A DNA stretch of 64,000 nucleotides from Candidatus Altimarinota bacterium (GTDB lineage: Bacteria; Patescibacteriota; Gracilibacteria; UBA1369), in assembly GCA_963677745.1 (NCBI GenBank), contig OY782391.1, positions 1,216,001-1,280,000 on the forward strand. The letters are read 5' to 3'. Under the pieces are notes generated by a model. That model saw nothing but the letters and a program-made list of their open reading frames with translations. It did not search any database and was not told where the DNA came from. Below, in pieces: positions 1 to 10,229 of the stretch. The number at the start of each line of letters is the position of its first letter. Position 1 is the first letter of the stretch. A program made the translations under genes and the position numbers.

Positions 1-1
1 G

Positions 2-166
2 GAAGGCATCATCAGCAGTCTGATCCTGGTGTTTTTGGAACCGGGTGGCTGGTTCATGGTCTGGTACGGTCTGGACATTATTTTTTACATTTCCAGAGAG
101 AAAAACGCCGATCTGGAATTCAACCGCAAAATGGTCAGAGCGGAAATACATTTCAATCCGTATTAA
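2..166 (+). CDS. 3' end of a membrane protein (truncated by the window edge)
   Basis: Open frame EGIISSLILVFLEPGGWFMVWYGLDIIFY...HFNPY ending in TAA at 164-166; hydrophobic segment. Confidence 0.7.
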   Translation, partial: EGIISSLILVFLEPGGWFMVWYGLDIIFYISREKNADLEFNRKMVRAEIHFNPY

Positions 167-175
167 ATAAGATTT

Positions 176-1396
176 ATGTCAAATCGTGATCAAGATGTGG
201 CAGGACTGCCGGACGAGGAAAACAACCAGGAACCTTATGCCGATCTGTTCCGTGAATATTTAAAACAGTCAGGCCTAAAAATAAGCGAAACGGATGAAGA
301 AGCAAAACCTCAGGATATCGAAGCTGTTCGTATAGGTGTGGCTAACGAGATTTTGTCGATTGATGAATTAACCAGAGAATACGAAGCAGAGGGAATATTT
401 GATGCGGAAAATGCGCAGAAGCAATACGATGATCTGATAGCTGAAGGACTTCGTTCTTTAAGACCGGAACAAATCCAAAAAGTCCTGGCTTTTATGCGCA
501 TGAAAAATAGAATTCCGGAATTGATGCGGAGCTTCTACGTACTGAGGCGGGAAAAAATCAAGGAAGCAAAAGAGAAAAAAGACTTGTCGTTATATCTCAT
601 GTGGTATTCACAGCAACTGGACACGGCATACATTAATTATGTCATGATGACAAATAATTGCTTTGATTTCGACCAATTGTTTAAACTTATTTTGGCTGAT
701 ATTGAAGAAAAAAGATCCAGATTTGCCACTGAGGCAAAACATGTCAGGAAGATGTATCACACCATGAATAGTATTCCGCGTGATTCGTCCAAACCAAGGA
801 TTGCTCTGGGCAGGCTGCCGAAGGAGTTGGATCATATGCGTCCGGTTTGGGTGCTAATTGAATATCCGGAGGGATCCTATTTATCCCCTTATGATGAATA
901 CCTTGACCGGGAAACGGGAAAGATTATCGGAAAACCTGAAAATAAAAGAAAGATATTTTTATCCAGTCACCCGAATGGCTGTTCGTCCCATGCCTACGAC
1001 GATTTGTATAAGGCCACCAGAATCCCAAAAGGTAAAGATTCGTTTGAATCAAGACCTTTCTATATTGCGGCATATGAAGCTATTGATCCGCCTGAAGGGT
1101 TTCCAGATTCCGCAAAAAACATTCTTGAAATCTCATTTCAGAGTGGAAATATCATCCCGAATACGCGGGCCAGGATTAAAGAAAGTTATCCCGACATCCA
1201 ATATGCAAAAAAGCCCTATATTAGTCAGGATGATTATTCACAAAGTATTAAGCATCAAAACGGAGTGGCTCATTATGCCGTACAAAATGAAAACAATGGT
1301 CCCGTGACCAAGCAGGATCTGGTCCCTTATGCCATGATGAGTATTAGATCAGGCCAACACTCAATTCCAGACTTAGAAGATTTCCTAAATGAATAA
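176..1396 (+). CDS. hypothetical protein (orphan, acidic N-terminus)
   Basis: 406-aa ORF; no recognisable motif. Confidence 0.75.
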   Translation: MSNRDQDVAGLPDEENNQEPYADLFREYLKQSGLKISETDEEAKPQDIEAVRIGVANEILSIDELTREYEAEGIFDAENAQKQYDDLIAEGLRSLRPEQIQKVLAFMRMKNRIPELMRSFYVLRREKIKEAKEKKDLSLYLMWYSQQLDTAYINYVMMTNNCFDFDQLFKLILADIEEKRSRFATEAKHVRKMYHTMNSIPRDSSKPRIALGRLPKELDHMRPVWVLIEYPEGSYLSPYDEYLDRETGKIIGKPENKRKIFLSSHPNGCSSHAYDDLYKATRIPKGKDSFESRPFYIAAYEAIDPPEGFPDSAKNILEISFQSGNIIPNTRARIKESYPDIQYAKKPYISQDDYSQSIKHQNGVAHYAVQNENNGPVTKQDLVPYAMMSIRSGQHSIPDLEDFLNE

Positions 1397-1405
1397 AAAA
1401 AATTT

Positions 1406-1492
1406 TGGTGCGCGAGAGAGGACTTGAACCTCCATGATCTTGCGATCACTACCTCCTGAAGGTAGCGCGTCTGCCAGTTTCGCCACTCGCGC
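1406..1492 (-). tRNA. tRNA-Leu(CAG)
   Basis: Reverse complement GCGCGAGTGGCGAAACTGGCAGACGCG-CTACC TTCAGGA GGTAG-long variable arm-GGTTCAAGTCC...CTCGCGCACCA; encoded CCA. Confidence 0.97.
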
Positions 1493-1547
1493 GCAGAGGG
1501 ATTATAATATTTCCCGGCAGTAAATCAAACCTTTCTCACAAATTGGC

Positions 1548-2150
1548 TTAAATACGTGGATAAAGCTTCCTGATTTCGGCAGTCTGCAGGTGGGGCACAG
1601 CCCGGTGCTGAGCGGCGGAAATTTGGCGGAAAGCAGTTTCACCGATTTGCAGGGTGTCCCCGTGCGAGGCCAGCACAATTTTTTGGTCAGAAAAGTCCCG
1701 TTCGCAGTCCATTATTAGCTCCCAAAATCTCCTTTGCACCGCATTGGCCGATTCAACTCCCATCTCTGTGTGGTCTGGATTATGCACGTCCAAATCCCAT
1801 ACTTTCTGATAATTTTGGTTTGAACCCCGTTCATATTTTCCAAAAAATCTTTCTCTCAGCCTGGGATCGAAAATTATCGGTTGGCAGGATAAAATCTGAC
1901 GGGCGATCTCTGCGCTTTGTTTGGCCCGGGAAAAATCCGAGGAAACAATCACCACGTTCTCGTCCAGTTCACCTTTTCGCACTGCGGCGATAACAGCAGA
2001 CTGAACCTGTTGCAGGCCTTCTTCCACCAGCCCGTAATCCAGACTGATTCCGTCCACGGGATCGCTTAAAATAATTCCTTCGACATTGGGCACGGATTTG
2101 CCGTGTCTAAGGGTGAAATAGCTGTTTTGAAGATTGTGTCGGTTGTCCAT
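1548..2150 (-). CDS. histidine phosphatase (phosphoglycerate mutase-like) family protein
   Basis: LRHG, SSDFSRAKQSA, LRERFFG and SHGD motifs. Confidence 0.92.
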   Translation of the reverse strand: MDNRHNLQNSYFTLRHGKSVPNVEGIILSDPVDGISLDYGLVEEGLQQVQSAVIAAVRKGELDENVVIVSSDFSRAKQSAEIARQILSCQPIIFDPRLRERFFGKYERGSNQNYQKVWDLDVHNPDHTEMGVESANAVQRRFWELIMDCERDFSDQKIVLASHGDTLQIGETAFRQISAAQHRAVPHLQTAEIRKLYPRI

Positions 2151-2300
2151 TGTCGTTTAATAGTTTACAAGCCAGAAGATATTAGTAGGTTTAGTAAACA
2201 AATCAAGAGTTATTTCCTTTTTAAATTATTGCGGCTTGCCTGTAATATTCCAGCCCGAAATACGTTCTAATTATGTGCGTGCAAACGCGTTTTTTATTTT

Positions 2301-4058
2301 TTGAATATTTTGAAAACAGTTCAAACTACAAAAATCCCCGGCAGTCCTCTGCAATACATGATTTTTTTAAGTAAAAAATATCGCTTATTGGTCGTGGGGA
2401 TATTTTTAATGGTGACTTTCGCCTGTGTCCTGGGCACCGGAAACAACTATGTCTTCAAAAAAATTATCGACTCCATCGGTACTCCCGAGGACTTATGGCT
2501 GTGGGGAGTGATTTACGCGGTGGTTTTCTTTCTGAGCGCCATCAGCTGGAGATTAAGCGGACTTATTGGTATGCGCTGGATGGTTCATGCTTGTTCGGAT
2601 TCCTATGCCCTGCTATTCAGCTACCTGATCAATCACAGCAGCAATTACTTTGACAATCGTTTTGCCGGAGCCATCAGCAGCAAAGTTTCCAACGCCTCCG
2701 ATGGTGTGAGAAGAATAATGTCCGTCCTTTGCTGGAATTTGTATCCGGTTATTGTAAACATTGCGGCCAGTCTGGTTCTGGCTTTTTCGGTTAGCTATAA
2801 GTTTGCCGTCATTCTGATGATCTGGGCGACTATCTTTATTTCCTTCAACGTATTTGCCGTATTGAAAAAGCAAAAACATTCCATTGCCTATGCTGATTCG
2901 GTTTCGGCGCTCAGGGGACAGATGGTGGACATTACTACCAACGTCAAAGCCGTCAATCATTATTCCCGGAGAACTCACGAATTGGGGCGCCTGGACGGAT
3001 ACATTGCCGACAGAACCAAAAAGCACATGAAGAATTGGTGGATGGGCGAGTGGATGCTGGCCACCAACAACTTTTTACAGTTTATTTTCGTGATGGTCAT
3101 GCTGCTGCTGGCCCTCTGGCTGAATCAGAATCAGGGCTTAAGTATCGGCAACACCATTATGATTATCACGCTTTCGGCCTCCCTCAAGGATCAACTGATG
3201 TGGGTAGGCAATCACCTGAATGATCTGATGGATTTTTACGGTGAAGTGAAAGACGGACTGAATGAGATCCTGGTTGAACATGAATTAAAGGACCGGGAAA
3301 ACGCCCGGCACCTGGGTGTCAAAAATGCCAATCTGGATTTCCGTAACGTTGGTTTTAAATACGGGAAAAAATATATTTTTAAAGACTTTAATCTGAATAT
3401 TTTCCCAGGTCAGAAAATCGGTCTGGTGGGGGAGAGCGGAGCCGGCAAAAGCACTTTGGTCGGCATGCTGTCCCGGCAGCACGATCTGGCTTCCGGGGAG
3501 ATCCTGATCAATGAACATAATATTGCCCATGTGACGCAGGAGAGTTTGAGATCTGCCATCGCCATTGTTCCCCAGGAACCAATGTTGTTTCACCGTTCCA
3601 TCATGGAAAATATCCGTTACGGCAATTTGCAGGCCACCGACGAGGAAGTGATGCAGGCCGCCCGGCAGGCCCAGGCTCATGAATTTATTCTGGAACTGGC
3701 CAACGGTTATCAGACCACGGTAGGAGAAAGGGGCGTGAAACTTTCCGGGGGACAGAGACAAAGAGTCGCCATTGCCAGAGCAATTTTAAAAAACGCACCG
3801 ATTCTGGTCTTGGATGAAGCCACCAGTTCTCTGGACAGTAAAAGCGAAGGGGAAATCCAAAAAGCCCTGCAAAACCTGATGAAAGACAAAACGGTGATTG
3901 CCATTGCTCACCGCCTGTCTACCATCAAGGCTATGGATAGAATCATCGTCATTGATAACGGCAAAATTATTCAGGATGGCTCACATCAACAACTGCTAAA
4001 GGAGAAAGATAGTACCTATCAAAAACTCTGGCAGAAGCAGAGTGAGGGCTTTATCTAA
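2301..4058 (+). CDS. ABC transporter fused permease/ATP-binding protein (MsbA/MdlB-like exporter)
   Basis: N-terminal TM domain; GESGAGKST, LSGGQRQR, LVLDEATSSLD, IAHRLST; alternative ATG start at 2358. Confidence 0.96.
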   Translation: MNILKTVQTTKIPGSPLQYMIFLSKKYRLLVVGIFLMVTFACVLGTGNNYVFKKIIDSIGTPEDLWLWGVIYAVVFFLSAISWRLSGLIGMRWMVHACSDSYALLFSYLINHSSNYFDNRFAGAISSKVSNASDGVRRIMSVLCWNLYPVIVNIAASLVLAFSVSYKFAVILMIWATIFISFNVFAVLKKQKHSIAYADSVSALRGQMVDITTNVKAVNHYSRRTHELGRLDGYIADRTKKHMKNWWMGEWMLATNNFLQFIFVMVMLLLALWLNQNQGLSIGNTIMIITLSASLKDQLMWVGNHLNDLMDFYGEVKDGLNEILVEHELKDRENARHLGVKNANLDFRNVGFKYGKKYIFKDFNLNIFPGQKIGLVGESGAGKSTLVGMLSRQHDLASGEILINEHNIAHVTQESLRSAIAIVPQEPMLFHRSIMENIRYGNLQATDEEVMQAARQAQAHEFILELANGYQTTVGERGVKLSGGQRQRVAIARAILKNAPILVLDEATSSLDSKSEGEIQKALQNLMKDKTVIAIAHRLSTIKAMDRIIVIDNGKIIQDGSHQQLLKEKDSTYQKLWQKQSEGFI

Positions 4059-4063
4059 ACGCC

Positions 4064-4987
4064 CTACACTCGGACAAACTTCTGGACTTTGATGCCATAT
4101 TGTATGGAAAATTTTTCCATGGAGACATTGTCGATCACTATCTCTGCGGTCGCTCCGGTAAAATCGTATTTGGACTCCAGGTCGTATCTTTCCAGGACAG
4201 TACCGGCTATTTTCTTTCTGGCATCTTCCAGATTTCCACCGGTCCAGATAAAAATCCGCTTTCCCTGAGCCGCATAGTTTTCCAGCATCGCTACCATCTC
4301 GGCATTAATACTTCCATCCCGCATTATCAGTGTGTCGTCCAGATCGCAGTAAACTCCTTCTATCTTGCAGCGCATTTTTTCCGGTAAATTAGGTCTGGAA
4401 TTTACAATGAATTCCACCACCTGTTCATCGGTTGCCCGGTCATTTATGGCAAATTGCTTCCTGGCCTGGGCAATGATCGAACGATAAGTTTCACCTTTTT
4501 GTTCGATCACATAAGGTTTCAAATCGTGTCTGAGATGTCCCATCAGTCTGGTATTCAGAACCATAATCAGTCCGGCTATGGCCGGGTCGACCAATTCTTC
4601 CATTTCATCAGAAACAACCGGCTTTTCTTGCGCCAATTTGGCTTCCTGCTCGAATTCAACCAACAATTTTAGTATTTCCAGTGCTTCCGGTAAGGGATGT
4701 TTACAAACCTTGACGCGCGGGCTGTCTACCAGATGTGACTTCAATTCATCCTTAAACTCCGACCAGGCATCTGACACCACCACCATTTTCATCTCCGGAT
4801 TAGCCCGTAACAAATCAACGGCTTCCTGTATCAGCTTCTGATCCTGCGGGAAAAGAATTATGATTTCTCCGCCCATTTCTGCCGAAGTTTTTTGCCACAT
4901 CATTGGCAAAACCATACCAAGCGCTCTTCCAATCGCTCCTGGAGCAATTATCCGCAAACCTGAATCTTTTATTTCCTTTTTTTCCAT
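4064..4987 (-). CDS. hypothetical protein with C-terminal HAD-like phosphatase domain
   Basis: CDLDDTL (motif I), WTGG (motif II), K...VIDN (motifs III/IV). Confidence 0.75.
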   Translation of the reverse strand: MEKKEIKDSGLRIIAPGAIGRALGMVLPMMWQKTSAEMGGEIIILFPQDQKLIQEAVDLLRANPEMKMVVVSDAWSEFKDELKSHLVDSPRVKVCKHPLPEALEILKLLVEFEQEAKLAQEKPVVSDEMEELVDPAIAGLIMVLNTRLMGHLRHDLKPYVIEQKGETYRSIIAQARKQFAINDRATDEQVVEFIVNSRPNLPEKMRCKIEGVYCDLDDTLIMRDGSINAEMVAMLENYAAQGKRIFIWTGGNLEDARKKIAGTVLERYDLESKYDFTGATAEIVIDNVSMEKFSIQYGIKVQKFVRV

Positions 4988-5025
4988 GGGTATAATTAGT
5001 TTAAGGTGTTAATATACAACATAAC

Positions 5026-5067
5026 GGGCGGGAGGTCAAGGCCTCGAAACGCCTCGACCTCCCGCCC
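5026..5067 (-). terminator. GC-rich hairpin overlapping a sigma70-like promoter
   Basis: GGGCGGGAGGTC...GACCTCCCGCCC; on the minus strand TTGACC-17 nt-TATATT. Confidence 0.65.
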
Positions 5068-5074
5068 TGCAAAG

Positions 5075-6514
5075 CTAAAACTCATCGTCTTTTTTAGCTT
5101 TTTTGAGCAGTTTCCCGTCTTCAGTGATTTCATAATCTTTTTCCCAGCCGCCCCTCCAGCCGGCTCGTCCATGATAGTAAGTGTTGGCCTTGAATCCCTG
5201 TATCAGCGGATTGGTGTCATCCACCATGATATCCAGGAGCTTGCCGCGATAATTTTCCTTGGCCTGTACCGGCAGATACTTTGCCGGTAAGCCCATTCCC
5301 GCCAGTCTGGCTGTCTGCCTCTCCGGATCTCCGCCGGTAAAGACAATCACTTTGCATCCTGCCTTTTCCAGCGCCATCATTAATGTCAAAACATTGTCCG
5401 ATATGGCCTCTTCCTCCAAGCTATGTCCCCGTTCATCTCTTACATAATCTCCATTTTTCATTACGGCTCTCATTTGTACCAATGTCCCGTCCACGTCCAC
5501 CATCACCGCTTCCACCAGCTCTTTGGCCTCCTCGGCGGCGGCCAGATTGCCAACCAGGCTCAGCCTGTCCAGTCCTTCCCTCTGATAACGGAGCCCCACT
5601 ACTGCGTCGGCTTCTTCTGCCGAAATATCTGCGGGAACCAGCTTGGCCAGAACGGCTACCAATTTTTTTGGATCAAGAGAATGCAGCACATTGTACTCTC
5701 TATAATCTTTCTTAGCGCTTAGATAGCTTTTAATAAGTGCAATCAGCAGCGGCTTGGGAGATTTGGCCAGGCAGAATAGTTCCATGGTGGGATTTTGGTA
5801 ATCTCCATCACCTCTCATAATTCTGGCAAACTCTGTATTATTCAGAGATTCGGGCTTATAGGGCCACTGCCCATCCAGTCCATCCGCCTCCAATTTATCT
5901 ATATTGTATTTGATCAGAGGACTGACGATTCTTTCCACGCAACCACCATGGCGATGCTTTAAGGTCCGGGCTACTGCTTCATCAATCAGTCTGGTGCAGC
6001 TTGGTTGTAGGGATTTGGCATCGAGCAAACTTCTGCTTCCCTCTGACCCGTTCATTTCATAGTGTTCAAAGACATGGCAGAGCGAATGGCTCCAGCTTTG
6101 AAAAGCCCTGTTTCCCCAATCCGAATCCTTCTCGGAAATGAACAGATCGGCAATCTTTTCCACCAGACGGTCATAATTCCCTCTGTGGAATGTTTTGTAT
6201 TTAACCAGATAAATCAGATTTTCAGCCGCAGCCGCGCCTTCATAGTAACGATCTGAGATTTCCTTTCCCGATTTCTTGGACAATTCCAGCGTCAAGCCAT
6301 AATAATCAGGCTTTCCTCCTTCCGGAAAATATTTATCCAGCAGATATTGTTCATCCGCTCTTTCCCTGATGTCCTCCGGATCAAGCTCCAAATCAGCTGT
6401 CAGATCCACTCTGGCGCGGCCCTTCGGGCCGCCCCCCTCCGGGGGGGCGGCCATTGGAACCGCCTCACATACTACATTGCCTTCCACCTGATTTTTCTTA
6501 TTATCATCTGTCAT
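5075..6514 (-). CDS. hypothetical protein with C-terminal HAD-like phosphatase domain
   Basis: VDVDGTL, FTGG, K...MVDD; C-terminal domain paralogous to that of 4064..4987. Confidence 0.78.
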   Translation of the reverse strand: MTDDNKKNQVEGNVVCEAVPMAAPPEGGGPKGRARVDLTADLELDPEDIRERADEQYLLDKYFPEGGKPDYYGLTLELSKKSGKEISDRYYEGAAAAENLIYLVKYKTFHRGNYDRLVEKIADLFISEKDSDWGNRAFQSWSHSLCHVFEHYEMNGSEGSRSLLDAKSLQPSCTRLIDEAVARTLKHRHGGCVERIVSPLIKYNIDKLEADGLDGQWPYKPESLNNTEFARIMRGDGDYQNPTMELFCLAKSPKPLLIALIKSYLSAKKDYREYNVLHSLDPKKLVAVLAKLVPADISAEEADAVVGLRYQREGLDRLSLVGNLAAAEEAKELVEAVMVDVDGTLVQMRAVMKNGDYVRDERGHSLEEEAISDNVLTLMMALEKAGCKVIVFTGGDPERQTARLAGMGLPAKYLPVQAKENYRGKLLDIMVDDTNPLIQGFKANTYYHGRAGWRGGWEKDYEITEDGKLLKKAKKDDEF

Positions 6515-6559
6515 AGATTTTGGGGTTAAAAATAATTGTTTTAATACTTTGTTGCCGTC

Positions 6560-7402
6560 CTAAAAGCTCCGGCTGACCGTGAAGTTGCCCCAGAGCGATG
6601 TGCCGCCTGTCTTTTTCATTAGAGGGTCTAGCGGGTCATAGTTAAGGTTGGCGCCGATAAAAGTCTTCTTGTTGTCAAAAAGCAGCCCGGCTGCCAGACC
6701 AAGGGATAACTGATGTTGGGGTATCAGAAATTCCGGTGTGCCGTCACCGTTGCTGTCATAGATTTTCAAGGGCAGGTCTGAAGTCCTGAGCAGTCGCTTG
6801 TAGCTGACCGAAGGAGTGATGGTGAAGTAGTTGGCTTTTTTGTCATCCAGCGACAGTGCCATCGGCAGGCCTAAATTGGCGGAAGCATAAGGAACCGGAA
6901 TGAAATCGGAAGTTTCTTTCTTGTCCAGACCTGTCATGTAGTAAGAGAGTCCGGCGTTGACCGATGGGTTTACTGCCAGGTAGGCCGGTTCGCCGACTGG
7001 CCTGGAGGCTAACTCCAGGTTAGCGCCCAGATTCAGCTGTACCCCCGGAACAAAGCTGGCGTTCAGACCTGAAACCGAGATATCTCCGGACGGTACAATT
7101 GGTCCGAGCTTTGGAGCATTTAGCCTCACGTTGAAGAGATGACCCTTGCGGTAGGTGGTAGTCAGGTATTGCAGGCTGGAGCTGACCGCACCAGACAGGT
7201 GGTAAGAGTCAGGATTGGCTTTTGGCTTTTCCTGTGCCTCTGCAGTCGAGGCGATAGCAGATGCCAGCATTAGTGATCCGACCAGGGCGTTAAATCTTGC
7301 GCAGATCGGCGTTACACTTGGCGGAGAGGTACCGGCTTTGTCACCCGGTGCGACTTCCGATCCGGAAATAATTTCCGGTTTGTCCTTGTCCAAAGTATCC
7401 AT
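6560..7402 (-). CDS. secreted beta-strand-rich protein, putative beta-barrel
   Basis: Signal-like LVGSLMLASAIASTAEA-Q after a ~35-aa extension; many amphipathic strands; ends WGNFTVSRSF. Confidence 0.6.
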   Translation of the reverse strand: MDTLDKDKPEIISGSEVAPGDKAGTSPPSVTPICARFNALVGSLMLASAIASTAEAQEKPKANPDSYHLSGAVSSSLQYLTTTYRKGHLFNVRLNAPKLGPIVPSGDISVSGLNASFVPGVQLNLGANLELASRPVGEPAYLAVNPSVNAGLSYYMTGLDKKETSDFIPVPYASANLGLPMALSLDDKKANYFTITPSVSYKRLLRTSDLPLKIYDSNGDGTPEFLIPQHQLSLGLAAGLLFDNKKTFIGANLNYDPLDPLMKKTGGTSLWGNFTVSRSF

Positions 7403-7589
7403 GGTTTAGAGGGTTAATTGTTACTACCCAAAGGCTAAACTTGGGCAATAGGAAAAGCAAACCACACCATAAAAAGCGGGCAAGTCAATATTTCGGCAAG
7501 AGTATGCAAAAAGTGCGTACTGTCATAACACTTTGACAACAGAAGTGAAAAAGTAGTAGATGTAATCTATACTTAAAAGTCACAAAAAC

Positions 7590-8357
7590 ATGCTGCCGCA
7601 AATACTCAAAAACCTGGGCCTGGACGAAAAAGAAATCAGAATATTTCTCCAGACAGCGCATCAAAAACTGGCCCCTGTCAGCCAGATCGCCAAAAAAACC
7701 GGTCTCAAGCGCACTACCTGCTATCAGATTATTGAAAACCTGGTAAAACGAAAATATATCCGGCGATATATCCAGCATGGGATGAAATACTATGCCGCTG
7801 CTTCACTGGAGGAGCTAAAACAGCTGCTGGATAAGCAGGCGGCTCCTTTGGAGGAAGCCAGAAATCTACTTGCGCACGACACGTCCGAACTGAAAAAATT
7901 TTACAATGTGGGCACCGCTGACACGCAAATATCTTTTTATGAAGGATATGAGGAAATTCAACTGGCTTATGACAAAGTACTGGACCAGGAGGACAGTGAA
8001 ATTTACTCACTGCTGCGCAAGGAGGAAACTGCCAATCACCCTCTAAAAAAATACTGGGAAAAGTACCTGCAAAAACGTCAGCAGCTGGGCAAAAAAAGTA
8101 AATCGCTGGTCCCGGCCAGCCAAAGATCAAAAACTTATGTCAAAACCAGCGCGCAGGAAAATCGCTACACTGTCAGCATCAAAGAGCAGGACATCCCGAT
8201 CGTCGGTGATCTGAAAGTCTGCGGCAATCTGGTTGCCATTATTTCCCAGCATCAGGGGCGCATTTTTGGCATCACCATCGAAAATCCCCGGACCGCTGCA
8301 ATGTTCAAAGGCATCTTGAAAACGCTCTGGAAACACTTCTCCAAAGCAAAAAAATAA
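7590..8357 (+). CDS. TrmB-family transcriptional regulator
   Basis: LKNLGLDEKE...IAKKTGLKRTTCYQIIENLVKRKYI HTH; ISFYEG segment; C-terminal PLD-like effector domain. Confidence 0.9.
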   Translation: MLPQILKNLGLDEKEIRIFLQTAHQKLAPVSQIAKKTGLKRTTCYQIIENLVKRKYIRRYIQHGMKYYAAASLEELKQLLDKQAAPLEEARNLLAHDTSELKKFYNVGTADTQISFYEGYEEIQLAYDKVLDQEDSEIYSLLRKEETANHPLKKYWEKYLQKRQQLGKKSKSLVPASQRSKTYVKTSAQENRYTVSIKEQDIPIVGDLKVCGNLVAIISQHQGRIFGITIENPRTAAMFKGILKTLWKHFSKAKK

Positions 8358-8375
8358 TTCCCCCGAAATAAATAA

Positions 8376-8451
8376 TGGTGGGCGTGCACGGACTCGAACC
8401 GTGGACCTCTGTCGTGTGAGGACAGCGCTCTACCAACTGAGCTACACGCCC
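8376..8451 (-). tRNA. tRNA-Val(CAC)
   Basis: GGGCGTGTAGCTCAGTTGGTAGAGCG-CTGTC CTCACAC GACAG-...GGTTCGAGTCC...CACGCCCACCA. Confidence 0.97.
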
Positions 8452-8502
8452 CTATGCGTAAAATTATATATACTGTAATGAAATTGGAAACAAGAGGCTT
8501 TT

Positions 8503-9108
8503 CTATTTCCCGTATAAATCGTAATCTGTGAATCTCTTTTTGGCTTTTTCACTTTCCTCTACATCATGACCGACGTCTGAAATGAACTGTCTTTTTCTGA
8601 TAATTTCAGTTTGCAGGGCATCAATGTGGCTTTTCAGCATTTTAATGTCAAAACTTTTGTCTCCAATAGACTCACTGGTCAATTCCTGCATTTTATTTCT
8701 CAAATCGGCAGCTTTTTCCTCCTTTTTTTTGAGGCCTTCCGGAGTACTGTTGACCATCTTGCGCCAGATACTGACGCGTTCGCGGTCGCGCTTTATTTCT
8801 GCGTTTAGGTCCTGATATTCCCTGTTCAATTTTTCTGTTTCGCGCTGAATTTCCGATGTAGTCCGTTTAACTGCGCCTTTTTTCTCCAATGTTGCCAATT
8901 CCTTTTTCTTAGCCGCCAATTCATCCTGCAATTCATCCAAACTTTTTGTGGCCTGCTCATATCTATGCTGGTTGGATTGCAGATCTCTGGCTCTGGATTT
9001 TTCTCTTTCTTTTTTCTGATCTCGTTCCTGCCGCTCCATTGCAGCTTTTTGGGTTTCATAATCGGAAGGCAAGGCCCGATCGTCAGCTTCAAGGTAATTT
9101 CTTTTCAT
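8503..9108 (-). CDS. coiled-coil hypothetical protein
   Basis: 201 aa, highly charged heptad-like sequence. Confidence 0.75.
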   Translation of the reverse strand: MKRNYLEADDRALPSDYETQKAAMERQERDQKKEREKSRARDLQSNQHRYEQATKSLDELQDELAAKKKELATLEKKGAVKRTTSEIQRETEKLNREYQDLNAEIKRDRERVSIWRKMVNSTPEGLKKKEEKAADLRNKMQELTSESIGDKSFDIKMLKSHIDALQTEIIRKRQFISDVGHDVEESEKAKKRFTDYDLYGK

Positions 9109-9329
9109 ATATATATTAGAATTAATATATTCTATATATAATACAATAAAAGAGGCTGGTGGTAAAGAGCCGGAGATCTGATTTTAATAAATCTTTATGT
9201 GAAAACAAATAAGTCAATCCCGTCCGCGACAAGCTTTCTTCTCTTTTGCTAAGGCAAAGAGCTGTCAATTGAATTATTGGCTTATTCTGCTATGATTCTA
9301 AACATGTATTCTTTAATCAAAAGATTACT

Positions 9330-10229
9330 ATGAAATTTTCTGTTAAAAAATCAGTTGCCGGAATTGTGGCTACATTATTTATGTTTTCATTGTCACCCAT
9401 AGCTCTGGCGGGCGGCTCCAGTTATGAATTTACGACTTATGTGCGAAGCGGTCTGGTCAAAACCGGTTCCACCCTGCCCGAAGCTCTGCGGATCAATGTT
9501 CAGGTATACATGAATCCAAATATCTTTAAGATGAATCAGATTGGTATAAAAACCGTCAAGATCAGCTGTGAAGGCGATGATGCCCTGGAGTCCGCCCAGT
9601 TGAAACTGGGGAACACGGTACTGGCTTCAACCAACTTTGTCCCGTCGACTCTGGCTTCCAATTGGCATAAAGCACTTCTCCAGCCCCCATCCCTGATTCT
9701 CGACAATGACACTGTACATAATCTGGGCATTGATCTGAAAAGCCGCCCCAACCTCAAGGGCAACCAGGTAGTGATTTGCGAGGCAGAAATATTGGAACAC
9801 GATAAAATGTACAATAATGCGCTGGCGGATGTTCAAGACCTGGACTTTGCCAACATTGACCAGGATAATCGAGCCATGATCGTAGCCACAGACTCCGGAA
9901 AGTTATTCTCCAGCGACCAAAATTACCGTTTTTTGGATATGACTCAGCCTGTTTATTTTGGCGATATACTCACTATTTCGGGTACGGTTTCCAAGGTCAA
10001 AACCGGACAATATCAGATTTCCACTTCCTTCGCCGATTGGGGAAAGGCAGGGCTTTATAACGTGATGATTCCTTATTTGGATTTAAGTCCGGTAAAGTTT
10101 GACATCACCAGTCCCCGTTTTTTCACAACAGAACAATTGAAGCCATATAAGACTTTTTCCATTCAGGAAATGCACCTCTATGACCAACCGGCTGCCAACG
10201 GCTCGGTTGGGAAAATTACTCTGAAATAG
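9330..10229 (+). CDS. secreted hypothetical protein
   Basis: Signal peptide MKFSVKKSVAGIVATLFMFSLSPIALA; beta-rich mature part. Confidence 0.75.
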   Translation: MKFSVKKSVAGIVATLFMFSLSPIALAGGSSYEFTTYVRSGLVKTGSTLPEALRINVQVYMNPNIFKMNQIGIKTVKISCEGDDALESAQLKLGNTVLASTNFVPSTLASNWHKALLQPPSLILDNDTVHNLGIDLKSRPNLKGNQVVICEAEILEHDKMYNNALADVQDLDFANIDQDNRAMIVATDSGKLFSSDQNYRFLDMTQPVYFGDILTISGTVSKVKTGQYQISTSFADWGKAGLYNVMIPYLDLSPVKFDITSPRFFTTEQLKPYKTFSIQEMHLYDQPAANGSVGKITLK

